From Nitrospirota bacterium (GTDB taxonomy: Bacteria > Nitrospirota > UBA9217): DNA of 64,000 nt. The DNA lies in the NCBI GenBank assembly GCA_963754875.1, contig CAVWHO010000001.1, positions 14,879 to 78,878 of the forward strand, written 5' to 3'. Each line of letters starts with the position of its first letter. Positions within the stretch are counted from its first letter, which is position 1. This document shows positions 10,680 through 19,462 of the stretch, piece after piece. The notes beneath the pieces are model-generated. The model did not search any database, was not told the origin of the DNA, and worked only from the letters and a program-made list of their open reading frames with translations. A program made the position numbers and the translations under genes.

Positions 10680-11066
10680 TTATACATTAGTCCCAGGCCA
10701 AATGCTACGGGTTTGTGTACTACTCTGCATTAAAAGAGCAAGGTTTTCAACTAACTGGTCTTTTGTAATGAAAATATCCGCACCCGCACTTAAAAAAGCC
10801 TTATCTTGATGATCACTACTGCAGCCAATGATAAAAACGTCAGGATGGTGATGGCGCAGTAATCTGCAAACTACGTCGCCCTTCATGCCCGGCATATGAT
10901 AATCAGTAAGAATTACATCAAAATTTTGTTTTTTTGAAAGCTCGATAGCATCAAAGCCATTATGGCAGCAGAATACAACATGATCATCTGCTTCAAGCAG
11001 ACCTTGAATGGCCCCGGCGAGCAATTCATCATCGTCAACGATAAGAATTACTTTTTTTGCCTGCAT
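10680..11066 (-). CDS. single-domain response regulator (receiver)
   Basis: 128 aa with VILIVDDDE...ILTDYHMPGMKG...FITKD. The codon usage is AT-rich compared with its neighbours. Confidence 0.85.
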   Translation of the reverse strand: MQAKKVILIVDDDELLAGAIQGLLEADDHVVFCCHNGFDAIELSKKQNFDVILTDYHMPGMKGDVVCRLLRHHHPDVFIIGCSSDHQDKAFLSAGADIFITKDQLVENLALLMQSSTQTRSIWPGTNV

Positions 11067-11177
11067 GGATTCTCCGCTGTATTATGATCAAGACATTAAA
11101 TAAAACATAAAGCCTCGAATATTACTGTATTAGTATCACCAATGAGTGGTTAATGCCATACCCCGGTAGGGGTATTT

Positions 11178-11444
11178 TTAGGGTATATCGTGTGCCCGAT
11201 TTGCGGCAGGGGGAAGTGGTTGAAGAAAAGTACGGCATATCTCACTTCTCAACTCCGCCAGGGTCTCCATGCCATCAATGCCCGGCATTTTCAGATCAAG
11301 GAGGATTACCTCCGGCGCCGCTTCCCGCACCAGTTCCAGCGCCTGCCTGCCGCCTGGATTGTTGAAAATCCCTTGGTCTGGAGGGATTTCCGACAAGACA
11401 GCTCTGATCTTCTGATCATCATCAACGATAAGGATGCTATGCAT
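11178..11444 (-). pseudogene. truncated response-regulator receiver domain
   Basis: MHSILIVDDDQKIRAVL...EVILLDLKMPGIDGMETLAELR then diverges into non-receiver sequence and stops at 88 aa. Helices 4-5 and any output domain are missing. Confidence 0.5.
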
Positions 11445-11714
11445 AACGAACGTTTACTCTCTCAAGACGAAGGCTGGGGAAATTCCCTTATGTCCATTCG
11501 AAATTTGCCGCTCCACGCTGTATCGCTCCGATACCTTACTCAGTTACAACCTTTTTTAAAACATAACACAGGGTAAATGAATGTGCGATGAAAAGGCTGA
11601 AAGGAGAGGGAAAAGGAGGGCCTGTGTTAACTATGACTGTATTAACTATGACTTGCCTTTTTCTTCCGTCTGTATTATCATTTCAACGCATAAAGCAGAT
11701 GAATTGAATGAATC

Positions 11715-12197
11715 ATGCAAAAACTTCGCAGACTGACCCAGGGACTTTTCCTCCTTTTCTTTTTCTTTTTGTTCATCCAGACCGAGTCCAGGGGAGCTGA
11801 CTCGCTCGGCTATCCCGTGCGCCTGTTCCTCGATTTTGCCCCGCTCATCTTCATCACAACAATCCTGTTCGCCCATGCCGCAGCCAAAGCTTTTTATTTT
11901 TCCCTCATCACCATTGTCATCACGCTCGCCTTCAGCAGGGTCTTCTGCGGATGGGCGGCCGTGCATTATGTGCGAGGAAGTCTGTCCTACGCCGAAGAAG
12001 GCCATCTGGACCGAACAAGTCCGGGTGAGCGACCGTCAGGGGAAGAGCGTGCTTCTCCAGCAGCCGCATGTGGACCTCGACTGTGCATCGACTGCGGCAT
12101 CTGTGAGAACAAGTGCCCCGTTCTCGGCAGGCCGGCGATCTCCGTATCGAGCGTGGGGAAGAGCAGGTCGAAGGAGAACCAGTTGTTGCTGACGTGA
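11715..12197 (+). pseudogene. remnant of a NapH/polyferredoxin-type membrane 4Fe-4S protein (internal deletion plus frame changes)
   Basis: The N-terminus runs to RVFCGW in frame A. CIMCEEVCPTPKKAIW...QQPHVDLD follows in frame B, then LCIDCGICENKCPVLGRPAI back in frame A. The TM and cluster regions normally found between FCGW and the ferredoxin motifs are absent. Confidence 0.6.
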
Positions 12198-12278
12198 AAT
12201 CTCTTTAGTTGCTGCCTGCGGTTTGTTGTTGTAGATTATTGGTTGATCATATAAACTACCGGTTCAAGAGAGGGAAGA

Positions 12279-13145
12279 TTGAAGCACGCATATATCATCG
12301 CCATTATGGTCCTCATTCTCTGCAGCCGCGTGATGCCGGCCGCAGCAGCGCCCCGGCAAAAGATCCCGGTCAAGGCGGCAATCGTCGTTGACTCCAGCGG
12401 AGAGGTCCTTTACTCAAAATACCCAGACGCAAGACTCGCGCCCGCAAGCACGGTCAAGCTGGTTACGGCCATGGTGGTCATCGACAGCCTCGACCCGGCG
12501 ATCAAGGTGAAGATCAGCAAGAATGCCGGGAAGGTCCGGTCCATTCAGCCGAGACTGCATGCCGACGAAGAGATGACGGTGTCCGACCTTCTTCACCTCG
12601 CCCTCATGAAATCCATCAATTCCGCGGCAGTGGCCCTTGCCGAAGCGACAGCCGGGTCGGAGCAGGACTTTGTGGTGATGATGAACCGGAAAGCGAAGGA
12701 GATAGGGACCAACAACACGCTCTTCGCAAACGCGTCAGGCCTCCCGAAGGGGACCCAGTACACCACCGCAAGCGACCTCGCCCTTATTTTGAAGGCAGCG
12801 CTCTCCTATCCCCTCATACGAGAGATACTAGGTACGAAAGCATATCTCATCAGGACGACTGGGGGGAGGGACATCATTCTGGAGAATTCGAACGATCTCC
12901 TCTGGCAGACGAATATGATCGGCGGGAAAACGGGCTATACCGGGAATGCGCGGCACTGTTTTGTGTGCGCGATCAATACGGGGAAGGGTCCCTTGTATAC
13001 CGCAGTTCTCGGGGCGCGTTCCCGGAGGAGTTTATGGAGAAGCACACTCATGTTGGAGGAAATCGGGATGCAGCAGGAGGTCTTGCGCGTACTGGAGAAA
13101 TCGAGCGACCCTTCAGATGCAGCACATGCTGTGGCAAGTGAATAA
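12279..13145 (+). CDS. D-alanyl-D-alanine carboxypeptidase (S11 low-MW PBP)
   Basis: Signal peptide plus the three PBP motifs: SxxK (ASTVK), SxN (SIN) and KTG (GGKTGYT). Confidence 0.85.
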   Translation: MKHAYIIAIMVLILCSRVMPAAAAPRQKIPVKAAIVVDSSGEVLYSKYPDARLAPASTVKLVTAMVVIDSLDPAIKVKISKNAGKVRSIQPRLHADEEMTVSDLLHLALMKSINSAAVALAEATAGSEQDFVVMMNRKAKEIGTNNTLFANASGLPKGTQYTTASDLALILKAALSYPLIREILGTKAYLIRTTGGRDIILENSNDLLWQTNMIGGKTGYTGNARHCFVCAINTGKGPLYTAVLGARSRRSLWRSTLMLEEIGMQQEVLRVLEKSSDPSDAAHAVASE

Positions 13146-13203
13146 CGCGCACCCCTGATGACGAGTTCAGGGAGCCGGTCCGATCAGTTACGCAACAATT
13201 GCG

Positions 13204-13227
13204 GGAACCTTTTCCATTCTTCTGCGT
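13204..13227 (+). promoter_or_regulatory. possible ECF-type autoregulated promoter (GGAAC-N16-CGT)
   Basis: ggaac cttttccattcttctg cgt lies about 115 nt upstream of the ECF sigma gene. This is motif resemblance only. Confidence 0.3.
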
Positions 13228-13343
13228 ACTTACTGATATAAGCGAAATACGTATTACCCTGCCGGGATTGCAATGACGAGTTTTTCCTGTAGTTGTCTTC
13301 CCGTGCGATCCTCCGATAGAACGCAGTATAATGCGGGGCTTCC

Positions 13344-13907
13344 GTGGACGACATCGATATCATAAAACGAGTGCAAAACGGCGATAGCGAGTCCTTTTCC
13401 CTGCTGGTGGAAAAATATCACAGGTCCCTTCTCAACTTCATCTATCGGCTCGTCGGCGACGGAAAAATCGTGGAGGATATCGGCCAGGAAGTCTTTTTGA
13501 GTATATATAAGTCGATCAGGAATTTCGATGTATTGCGCGGCACGCCCTTTTCTGCGTGGCTGTTTATCACGGCGAGAAACAGGTGCATCAGTGAGCTACG
13601 GAAGAACCGCAGTATGCCGCATGTTGCCATCGAAGATTCAGGCGATCTCGTGGCAAAAGGGAAATCTCCCGAAGAAGATGCCATTGAACAGGAACGAATA
13701 GAGGCTTTACGCGCTTGTCTTGTGCAACTCGACGAACCGTTCAGAAACACCCTGCTGCAGAGCCTCCGTGGAGATTCCCTCGAGGAGATTGCCGCGAAGA
13801 CCGGCGCCTCGGTCGGTACGGTAAAATCGAGAATACACCGTGCGAAGGACAGAATACTGGGGTTTATGAACGAACGCATCGGAGGTAAGGACTATGAAAG
13901 AGTTTAA
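13344..13907 (+). CDS. ECF-type RNA polymerase sigma-70 family factor
   Basis: GTG start. Region 2 reads FSAWLFITARNRCISELRK and region 4 reads EIAAKTGASVGTVKSRIHRAKDRI. Confidence 0.9.
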   Translation: MDDIDIIKRVQNGDSESFSLLVEKYHRSLLNFIYRLVGDGKIVEDIGQEVFLSIYKSIRNFDVLRGTPFSAWLFITARNRCISELRKNRSMPHVAIEDSGDLVAKGKSPEEDAIEQERIEALRACLVQLDEPFRNTLLQSLRGDSLEEIAAKTGASVGTVKSRIHRAKDRILGFMNERIGGKDYERV

Positions 13908-14109
13908 ATCGTCGAGCATGTTCGTATCCAACGTGATGGAGAATGTCCGCGCCCTCGAACGAGCCAGAGAACTGGGCTTTGCACGATCGCAACAATTCCT
14001 CGCGTCACGTCCGGCGCGGCTTGCCCTGTCAACCGGCGGCGTGGTGCTGGGGCTCGTGAACCTTGTCAGGATGTGCCTTACACTGTTTTCCCCGGTTTTG
14101 TGCAGATAG
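13894..14109 (+). CDS. putative anti-sigma factor (small single-pass membrane protein)
   Basis: 71 aa. Overlaps the sigma gene stop by 14 nt and has one C-terminal TM helix. The call rests on position only. Confidence 0.4.
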   Translation: MKEFKSSSMFVSNVMENVRALERARELGFARSQQFLASRPARLALSTGGVVLGLVNLVRMCLTLFSPVLCR

Positions 14110-14177
14110 GCTGCCGACGGGAACCTTTCTCTCCTGCCTGCGTATTGCTCAACAACAAAGGAGAGGAGGGAAGGTAC

Positions 14178-14954
14178 ATGATGAAGGAACGCACGATGGA
14201 GAGAAAAAAGTGGCTTGCCGCGGTCTTGGGGCTTGCAATGCCCGGATTGGGCCAGATATATAATGGAGAACTGGTCAAGGGAATAAGCTGCTTCGTTATT
14301 ACCCTGGTTTTGTACATCGCCGGTTTCCGCGCAACGGTGTTGCTTCCCGACACCCTGCTGCTCGGGGGAGCGATCGGGGCGATCGCCGTTACCCTCGGGG
14401 CCTATGCCATCGCCGTTGTGGATGCGTACCGCTCGGCAGGGAACGTGCGGACTGCTCCAGCTCCAAAATCCTACAACCGCTGGTATTTCTACCTTGCTGT
14501 CTGGATGCTCGGCCAGACCCTGATAGCCGGCGCTGTATCCGATTACATCAGGACCAATATTATCGAAGCGTATAAAATTGCCAGCCCGAGCATGGAGCCT
14601 GCTGTCCTCAAGGGCGACAGGGTTTTCGCGGACAAGACCGCGTACCGCAGAATGGCGCCGAAGAATGGCGATATTATCGTCTTTATGTATCCCGATGACC
14701 GGAGCAAGGTCTTTATCAAAAGGATTGAAGGACTACCAGGCGATACAGTCACGCTCATAGACGGCACGCAGGAACGTGTTCCGCACGGTTCGGTCTATGT
14801 GCTGGGAGACAAGCGAGAGCAGAGCCTTGACAGCAGGTCCTTCGGCTTCGTTCCGCTCAGGGATGTCATCGGCAAGGTACGACAAGTTTACTATTCATCA
14901 GGCGACGAGGGGATCCGGTGGAAAAGGATCGGCACGACCCCCGTGTATCAATAA
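14178..14954 (+). CDS. lepB: signal peptidase I with extended multi-TM N-terminus
   Basis: GGAGAGGAGGG RBS before ATG 14178. Catalytic motifs SPSMEP, KRIEGLPGD and GDKREQSLDSR are present. Confidence 0.9.
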   Translation: MMKERTMERKKWLAAVLGLAMPGLGQIYNGELVKGISCFVITLVLYIAGFRATVLLPDTLLLGGAIGAIAVTLGAYAIAVVDAYRSAGNVRTAPAPKSYNRWYFYLAVWMLGQTLIAGAVSDYIRTNIIEAYKIASPSMEPAVLKGDRVFADKTAYRRMAPKNGDIIVFMYPDDRSKVFIKRIEGLPGDTVTLIDGTQERVPHGSVYVLGDKREQSLDSRSFGFVPLRDVIGKVRQVYYSSGDEGIRWKRIGTTPVYQ

Positions 14955-15061
14955 ATGAGACGCCGGATCTCTTCTAATTGTGGTGAGGGAATGGATGTAA
15001 AAAACATCGTGAATACACGTCATGGTGGTCCTATTTATTCTGTAGAAAGAAGGTAAAAGCC

Positions 15062-15682
15062 ATGCCTCTCTGGATTGTCGCCATTCAATGGCTCTCCCGC
15101 TCGGTCCTGGGACTGCTTTTGGTGTTGTCCGTATGGTCCGTTGCCACCATGCTGCGCTGTTCCCGGCTTCTCCAAAAGGCGGACGGCTTGCCGAAGGAGT
15201 CTCCCGGGGAAATGGAAAAAGTCAGCACGTGGGTCGAAACGCGTCAATGGGACCTTTTGCGCGAGTGGGCCTCAAAGGGAGAAACCCTTCACGCAGGCAC
15301 AGCGCGTACGATTTTCAGCACCTCGTCCGACGATTCGTCCCGGGTTGATCGGGCCGTCAGAAGCTACCTGAGTCTCGAACGATCCCGCCTGGAGCAGGGG
15401 CTAACGGTACTGGCCACGCTGGGATCGAACGCCCCCTTTATCGGTCTGTTCGGGACCGTGCTCGGGATCATCCAGGCGTTTGCAGCCCTGGGAGCCCACC
15501 AAAACAATGCATCGGACATCATGGTGGGAATATCGGAGGCACTCATTGCGACCGCAATCGGGCTCTTTGTGGCCATTCCTGCTGTTATCGCGTTCAACGT
15601 CTTTACGAGGAAACTCAAGGTCCTGCTCGTGCGGTCGGAAGCGCTCAAGGACCTCTATCTTTCCAAGATCGAGAGGAGCTGA
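15062..15682 (+). CDS. exbB: MotA/TolQ/ExbB proton-channel protein
   Basis: [24 protein letters not shown] signature and three TM helices. Confidence 0.9.
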   Translation: MPLWIVAIQWLSRSVLGLLLVLSVWSVATMLRCSRLLQKADGLPKESPGEMEKVSTWVETRQWDLLREWASKGETLHAGTARTIFSTSSDDSSRVDRAVRSYLSLERSRLEQGLTVLATLGSNAPFIGLFGTVLGIIQAFAALGAHQNNASDIMVGISEALIATAIGLFVAIPAVIAFNVFTRKLKVLLVRSEALKDLYLSKIERS

Positions 15683-15688
15683 CCTGCC

Positions 15689-16105
15689 GTGGCATCCGAT
15701 CCCTTTTCTTCAAGCGACGACGACAGCGCACCGATTTCCGTCATCAACGTGACCCCCTTCGTGGATGTGGTCCTGGTGCTGCTCGTTATCTTCATGATCA
15801 CCGCCCCGTTCCTGATGCAGGACAGCTTCGGCATTCACCTTCCCAAAGCATCGAGCGCCGATAAGTCAATCGCCCCTAAGCTGGGAGTGGCGGTGACCCG
15901 GCAGGGACAGATCCTGCTCAACGGGATGCTCGTATCTCCCGAGCAGGTCGCCTCGCAGGTCAGGCAGGCGCTGGCTGCGAATCCCGATACACAGGCCCTT
16001 ATCAGCGCCGATGCCGATGCCAGGCACGGCGATGTCGTGAAAGCGATCGACCTGGTCAAAACCGCGGGGATGACTCACTTTGCAATCCAGATTGAAAAAC
16101 AATAA
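15689..16105 (+). CDS. exbD: ExbD/TolR biopolymer transport protein
   Basis: INVTPFVDVVLVLLVIFMIT TM helix followed by an ExbD periplasmic domain. Confidence 0.9.
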   Translation: MASDPFSSSDDDSAPISVINVTPFVDVVLVLLVIFMITAPFLMQDSFGIHLPKASSADKSIAPKLGVAVTRQGQILLNGMLVSPEQVASQVRQALAANPDTQALISADADARHGDVVKAIDLVKTAGMTHFAIQIEKQ

Positions 16106-16724
16106 TCTTGTCTACCTCGACCATCCCTGGGTCGTCTCCTCCCTGCTTCACGGCGTCCTGATTGCTGCGGTATTCGTCGTGCTGTTTATTTCCCAGTACA
16201 AACGGGTCCGTGATGTGGATATCGAGATTTACGAAGCCCCCGTGCAAGCGCCGCAGCCGGTCCGGCTCGCTGCGCCGAAGAAAGAAGAGAAACCGCGGGC
16301 ACACGAGGTCTTCGGCATCACCCCCAAGTCCGTTGCTTCTGACCAGGGAGAAACAGTGAAGGCGGGCAACACGGTTGCCAAGGCCCCGGACCAGGAACAG
16401 CTGAGGCCCGGAGACCCGGATGCGCTGCCCATACCGAGCGAAGATTACCTCGTTACCAACATGCCTGCGCTCCTGTCGGAAGTTCGGATTCCCTATCCCC
16501 GTGAATCCAAAAAGAAGGGAATCCAGGGCGCTGTTGTCATGGACCTTCTGATCGATGCTACCGGGAAAGTCCGCGAAGCTACTCTTGTCGAAGGCCCCAA
16601 CCAGGAGCTCAGCGCTGCTGCGCTTGCCGCGGCAAAGGGGTTCCGGTTCACTGCGGCACTGATCCAGGACAAACCGGTGGCGGTCCGGATACGGTATCTC
16701 TACCGCTTTGTGCTGGAGCGGTGA
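16080..16724 (+). CDS. tonB: energy transducer TonB
   Basis: TM anchor, Pro/Glu/Lys-rich linker and C-terminal YPRESKKKGIQGAVVMDLLIDATGKV domain. The TTG start is uncertain. Confidence 0.8.
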   Translation: MQSRLKNNNLVYLDHPWVVSSLLHGVLIAAVFVVLFISQYKRVRDVDIEIYEAPVQAPQPVRLAAPKKEEKPRAHEVFGITPKSVASDQGETVKAGNTVAKAPDQEQLRPGDPDALPIPSEDYLVTNMPALLSEVRIPYPRESKKKGIQGAVVMDLLIDATGKVREATLVEGPNQELSAAALAAAKGFRFTAALIQDKPVAVRIRYLYRFVLER

Positions 16725-16901
16725 GTGAGGTCCACAATGAGTAATTAAAGAATTCGTAAAAAGCCGATAATCGCCGAAGACCGTCATTACCCGCTCCTTG
16801 TAAAAAAAATGATGCGGGACTCTGCCGGCTTGCCCCGCTTGCAGGGCTTGTCCGGAATCGTATCTTGTCCTCACGTACCCTATAAATCTCCTCCATCATT
16901 A

Positions 16902-16930
16902 TTGACATAGCTTTGAATCCGGCATATAGT
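16902..16930 (+). promoter_or_regulatory. near-consensus sigma70 promoter (TTGACA-N17-TATAGT) at the left edge of the accessory island
   Basis: ttgaca tagctttgaatccggca tatagt. It points into the dyad-box array and the first cassette ORF. Confidence 0.45.
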
Positions 16931-16951
16931 CGTGGAAATAAATCGAGAAAA

Positions 16952-17080
16952 GCATATATCTGTAGATGCTTTATGACGGTTACAAAATTGACTAAAGCAT
17001 CTACCTGTATATACAAAGTCGGCATCTACAGGTAGATACATGCATATACCCGTAGATGCTTGCATCTATAAATAGATACC
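16952..17080. repeat. five 18-19 bp dyad-symmetric boxes, consensus GCATCTAC-NN-GTAGATGC
   Basis: The boxes lie at 16952-16970, 16997-17014, 17022-17039, 17042-17060 and 17062-17080. The last three are contiguous with exact 20-bp phasing. Confidence 0.7.
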
Positions 17081-17143
17081 TATTTTCGTTTCTATAATAT
17101 CTTTGTTATCTACTACTTGCTGGCAGATCAGCGGAGTCTATAA

Positions 17144-17560
17144 ATGCTCGGAATAAAAAGACCACGATTCAAGTCAAAGAGAGATGCTTTTCGAACCTTC
17201 TCTTCACATTTTTCAGCACCGTGGTTTATCGTGATACTTGGCGTTGCCGGTGTCGGTAAGACGCGTAGTGCCGAACTCGTTTCATACGAACAGGCAAAGC
17301 AATCCATTTATTTTATAATTATTGCGGCTCTGCTCTCACTTCCTTATTGGTGGTACAAAGCGTTTTGGGCGGTTTCCGCAATAATGAAAGACGACTATAC
17401 CAATGAACCAGAAACAGTGATTTGCTTACACTGTCAGACACCGTTCCCATTTACTAAAGTTAAAAGCTTCCAGTGCCCAAAGTGCAAGGGCGTGCTAGAG
17501 AATCTGGACGGTTTCTATGAAAGACATTCTGAGCTAATGAAAGAGGAACCGAAGAAGTAA
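17144..17560 (+). CDS. cassette ORF 1: two-TM protein with C-terminal zinc ribbon (CLHC...CPKC)
   Basis: 138 aa with no recognisable family. Followed 10 nt later by attC-like site 1. Confidence 0.5.
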   Translation: MLGIKRPRFKSKRDAFRTFSSHFSAPWFIVILGVAGVGKTRSAELVSYEQAKQSIYFIIIAALLSLPYWWYKAFWAVSAIMKDDYTNEPETVICLHCQTPFPFTKVKSFQCPKCKGVLENLDGFYERHSELMKEEPKK

Positions 17561-17569
17561 ACGAAGAAA

Positions 17570-17627
17570 TGATAACGAGCGGGTCGAGTGAGTCGCGAAA
17601 AGCACGCTCCTCACCCGCGCGTTGAAC
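17570..17627 (+). repeat. attC-like site 1 (tgATAAC ... GTTGAAC)
   Basis: Stems GCGGGT/ACCCGC and GAGtGAGtCG/CGCTCCTC with unpaired T residues. Ends in the core-like GTTGAAC. Confidence 0.6.
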
Positions 17628-19428
17628 CTGTAGAAAAAGTCATTTTATGCTATAATAGCGCCATCAAAACGCATTAACGAATCACCAAAACCCCTCACCC
17701 ACGGGAGGCGTATGGCGAGATACAAGGAATATGATTATTCCCAAAGCAAATTGATTCCCATCAGCTTCGACAAACAAATCCTCCCAAATACTTTCGAGCA
17801 TACTCTTCATTATCTCATCGACAACGAAATCGAGCTCTCGGTATTCGACGTTCGCTACAAAAACGATGAAACCGGTGCCCCAGCCTACGATCCCCGTGTT
17901 CTTTTAAAGATCGTCCTGTACGCCTATTCCAAGGGGATCACCTCCAGCCGAAAAATAGCCGACTGCTGCAACGATAACGTCATCTTCATGGCCCTCTCCG
18001 CCGACACCCGGCCTCACTTCACGACCATCGCCGACTTCATATCATCCCAGGACCAGCAAACGATGAAACTCTTCCTCGAAGTGCTGCTCATCTGCGACGA
18101 GATGGGCTTGATCGGAAAAGAAATGTTCGCTGTGGACGGCTGCAAGCTTCCCTCCAACGCCTCAAAGGAGTGGAGTGGCACCAAAGGAGAACTTACACAT
18201 AAAAAAGAGAAGATGGAGAAGGCCATCCGGGAGATGATAGCGAAACACAAGGAAAGAGACAAAGCCGAAACCGACAAGGCGGTTGTAGAGAAGGAAGAGC
18301 AGTACATAAGCACCCTTAAAACAAAGATCAAAAAGATCAAGACCTGGCTCGCGGAGAATGACGATAAGCCCGGCAGTAAGGGAAAACCGAGAAAGAGCAA
18401 CATAACCGACAACGAAAGCGCGAACATGAAAACCTCGCACGGCGTCATCCAAGGCTACAACGGGGTAGCCATGGTAGACAGCAAGCATCAAATCGTGGTC
18501 CACGCAGAGGCGACCGGAGATTCCGAATCCGCAATACTGAAACCCATGGTCGAAGGAACCCGGGAGAATTTCCAGGAGATCGGAAAAGAAGAAGACATCT
18601 TCAAAAAGACCAAACTGACCACCGACAGCGGCTTCCACTCCGAAAAGAACGTGGAGATGGTAATTCAGGATGGCATCGACGCATACATCGCCGACAACAA
18701 GTTCCGCCAGCGCGATCCCCGCTTTGCCGACGCCGACAAGTATAAGGAGAGGTTCAAGAAAGAACGGGCCAAACGATCAGGTGTACCCAGCATTTATCAA
18801 TCTAAAGACTTTACGGTAAGTCCGGATAAAAACTACTGCATCTGTCCTGGCGGCAAGCGTATGTACCGGGACGGCGGCAATGTGCTCATCAACGGAATGC
18901 GATTCATCAAGTTCCGGGGAAGCAAGATGAACTGTGTTCCGTGCGGACTTCGAGCAAAATGCATGAAGAATCCCGAACGAACGGTTACCCGCCAGTTCGC
19001 CTACTATACTGGGCAGAACGAACAGCAGACCAAGACCTTCACGCAGAAAATGCGGGAGAAGATAGACTCGGTAGCCGGTAAACTCATCTACGGTAGGAGA
19101 ATGGCGACAGTCGAGCCTGTCTTTGCCAATGTTCGGAGCAGTCTTGGCTTGGATCGCTTCAGTCTCAGAGGGAAAAAGAAGGTGAGCGTCCAGTGGCGGC
19201 TCTACTGCACGGTTCACAATCTATTAAAGGTGCATCGATACGGATTTGGTTTTGCAAGTACTTGAGGTAAGGCGAAGCCGAAAGGGAAATAGAATGAAGT
19301 AGCAAGCACTAATCAGGTCATCTGAACCGATAAATCAGCAGAATCAAAAAATCTTCCCCACGCCAGGAGCCACATAGGATCATATAACGGGGAGCAGACA
19401 AGCTTTTGCAAATGGGCTTTTTCTACAG
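17628..19428 (+). mobile_element. IS1182-family (IS5-superfamily) insertion sequence
   Basis: Terminal inverted repeats CTGTAGAAAAAG (17628-17639) and CTTTTTCTACAG (19417-19428) bracket the transposase ORF. No clear target duplication. It abuts the R' box of attC site 1. Confidence 0.7.
17712..19265 (+). CDS. IS1182-family DDE transposase
   Basis: 517 aa. The N-terminus MARYKEYDYSQSKLIPISFDKQILPNTFEHTLHYLID...APAYDPRVLLKIVLYAYSKGITSSRKI is typical of this transposase family. The C-terminus has a Cys-rich segment and DDE region. Confidence 0.75.
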   Translation: MARYKEYDYSQSKLIPISFDKQILPNTFEHTLHYLIDNEIELSVFDVRYKNDETGAPAYDPRVLLKIVLYAYSKGITSSRKIADCCNDNVIFMALSADTRPHFTTIADFISSQDQQTMKLFLEVLLICDEMGLIGKEMFAVDGCKLPSNASKEWSGTKGELTHKKEKMEKAIREMIAKHKERDKAETDKAVVEKEEQYISTLKTKIKKIKTWLAENDDKPGSKGKPRKSNITDNESANMKTSHGVIQGYNGVAMVDSKHQIVVHAEATGDSESAILKPMVEGTRENFQEIGKEEDIFKKTKLTTDSGFHSEKNVEMVIQDGIDAYIADNKFRQRDPRFADADKYKERFKKERAKRSGVPSIYQSKDFTVSPDKNYCICPGGKRMYRDGGNVLINGMRFIKFRGSKMNCVPCGLRAKCMKNPERTVTRQFAYYTGQNEQQTKTFTQKMREKIDSVAGKLIYGRRMATVEPVFANVRSSLGLDRFSLRGKKKVSVQWRLYCTVHNLLKVHRYGFGFAST

Positions 19429-19462
19429 ACTCGTTGTATCTTCAAGTGCTGAGGCAAAATCT

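Noticed and set aside
16056-16874. 272-aa minus-strand ORF at the island border. Checked as a possible integron integrase because of its position and orientation.
   Set aside because: It lies mostly antisense to tonB. It has none of the tyrosine-recombinase boxes (R..HxxR..Y), and its composition is that of a shadow ORF.
16952-17639. Shared heptamer CTGTAGA between the dyad boxes (cTGTAGATGC) and the IS1182-family terminal repeat (CTGTAGAAAAAG)
   Set aside because: Only 7 nt match and the remainder differs. It is most likely coincidence, and there is no evidence that the boxes are degenerate IS ends.
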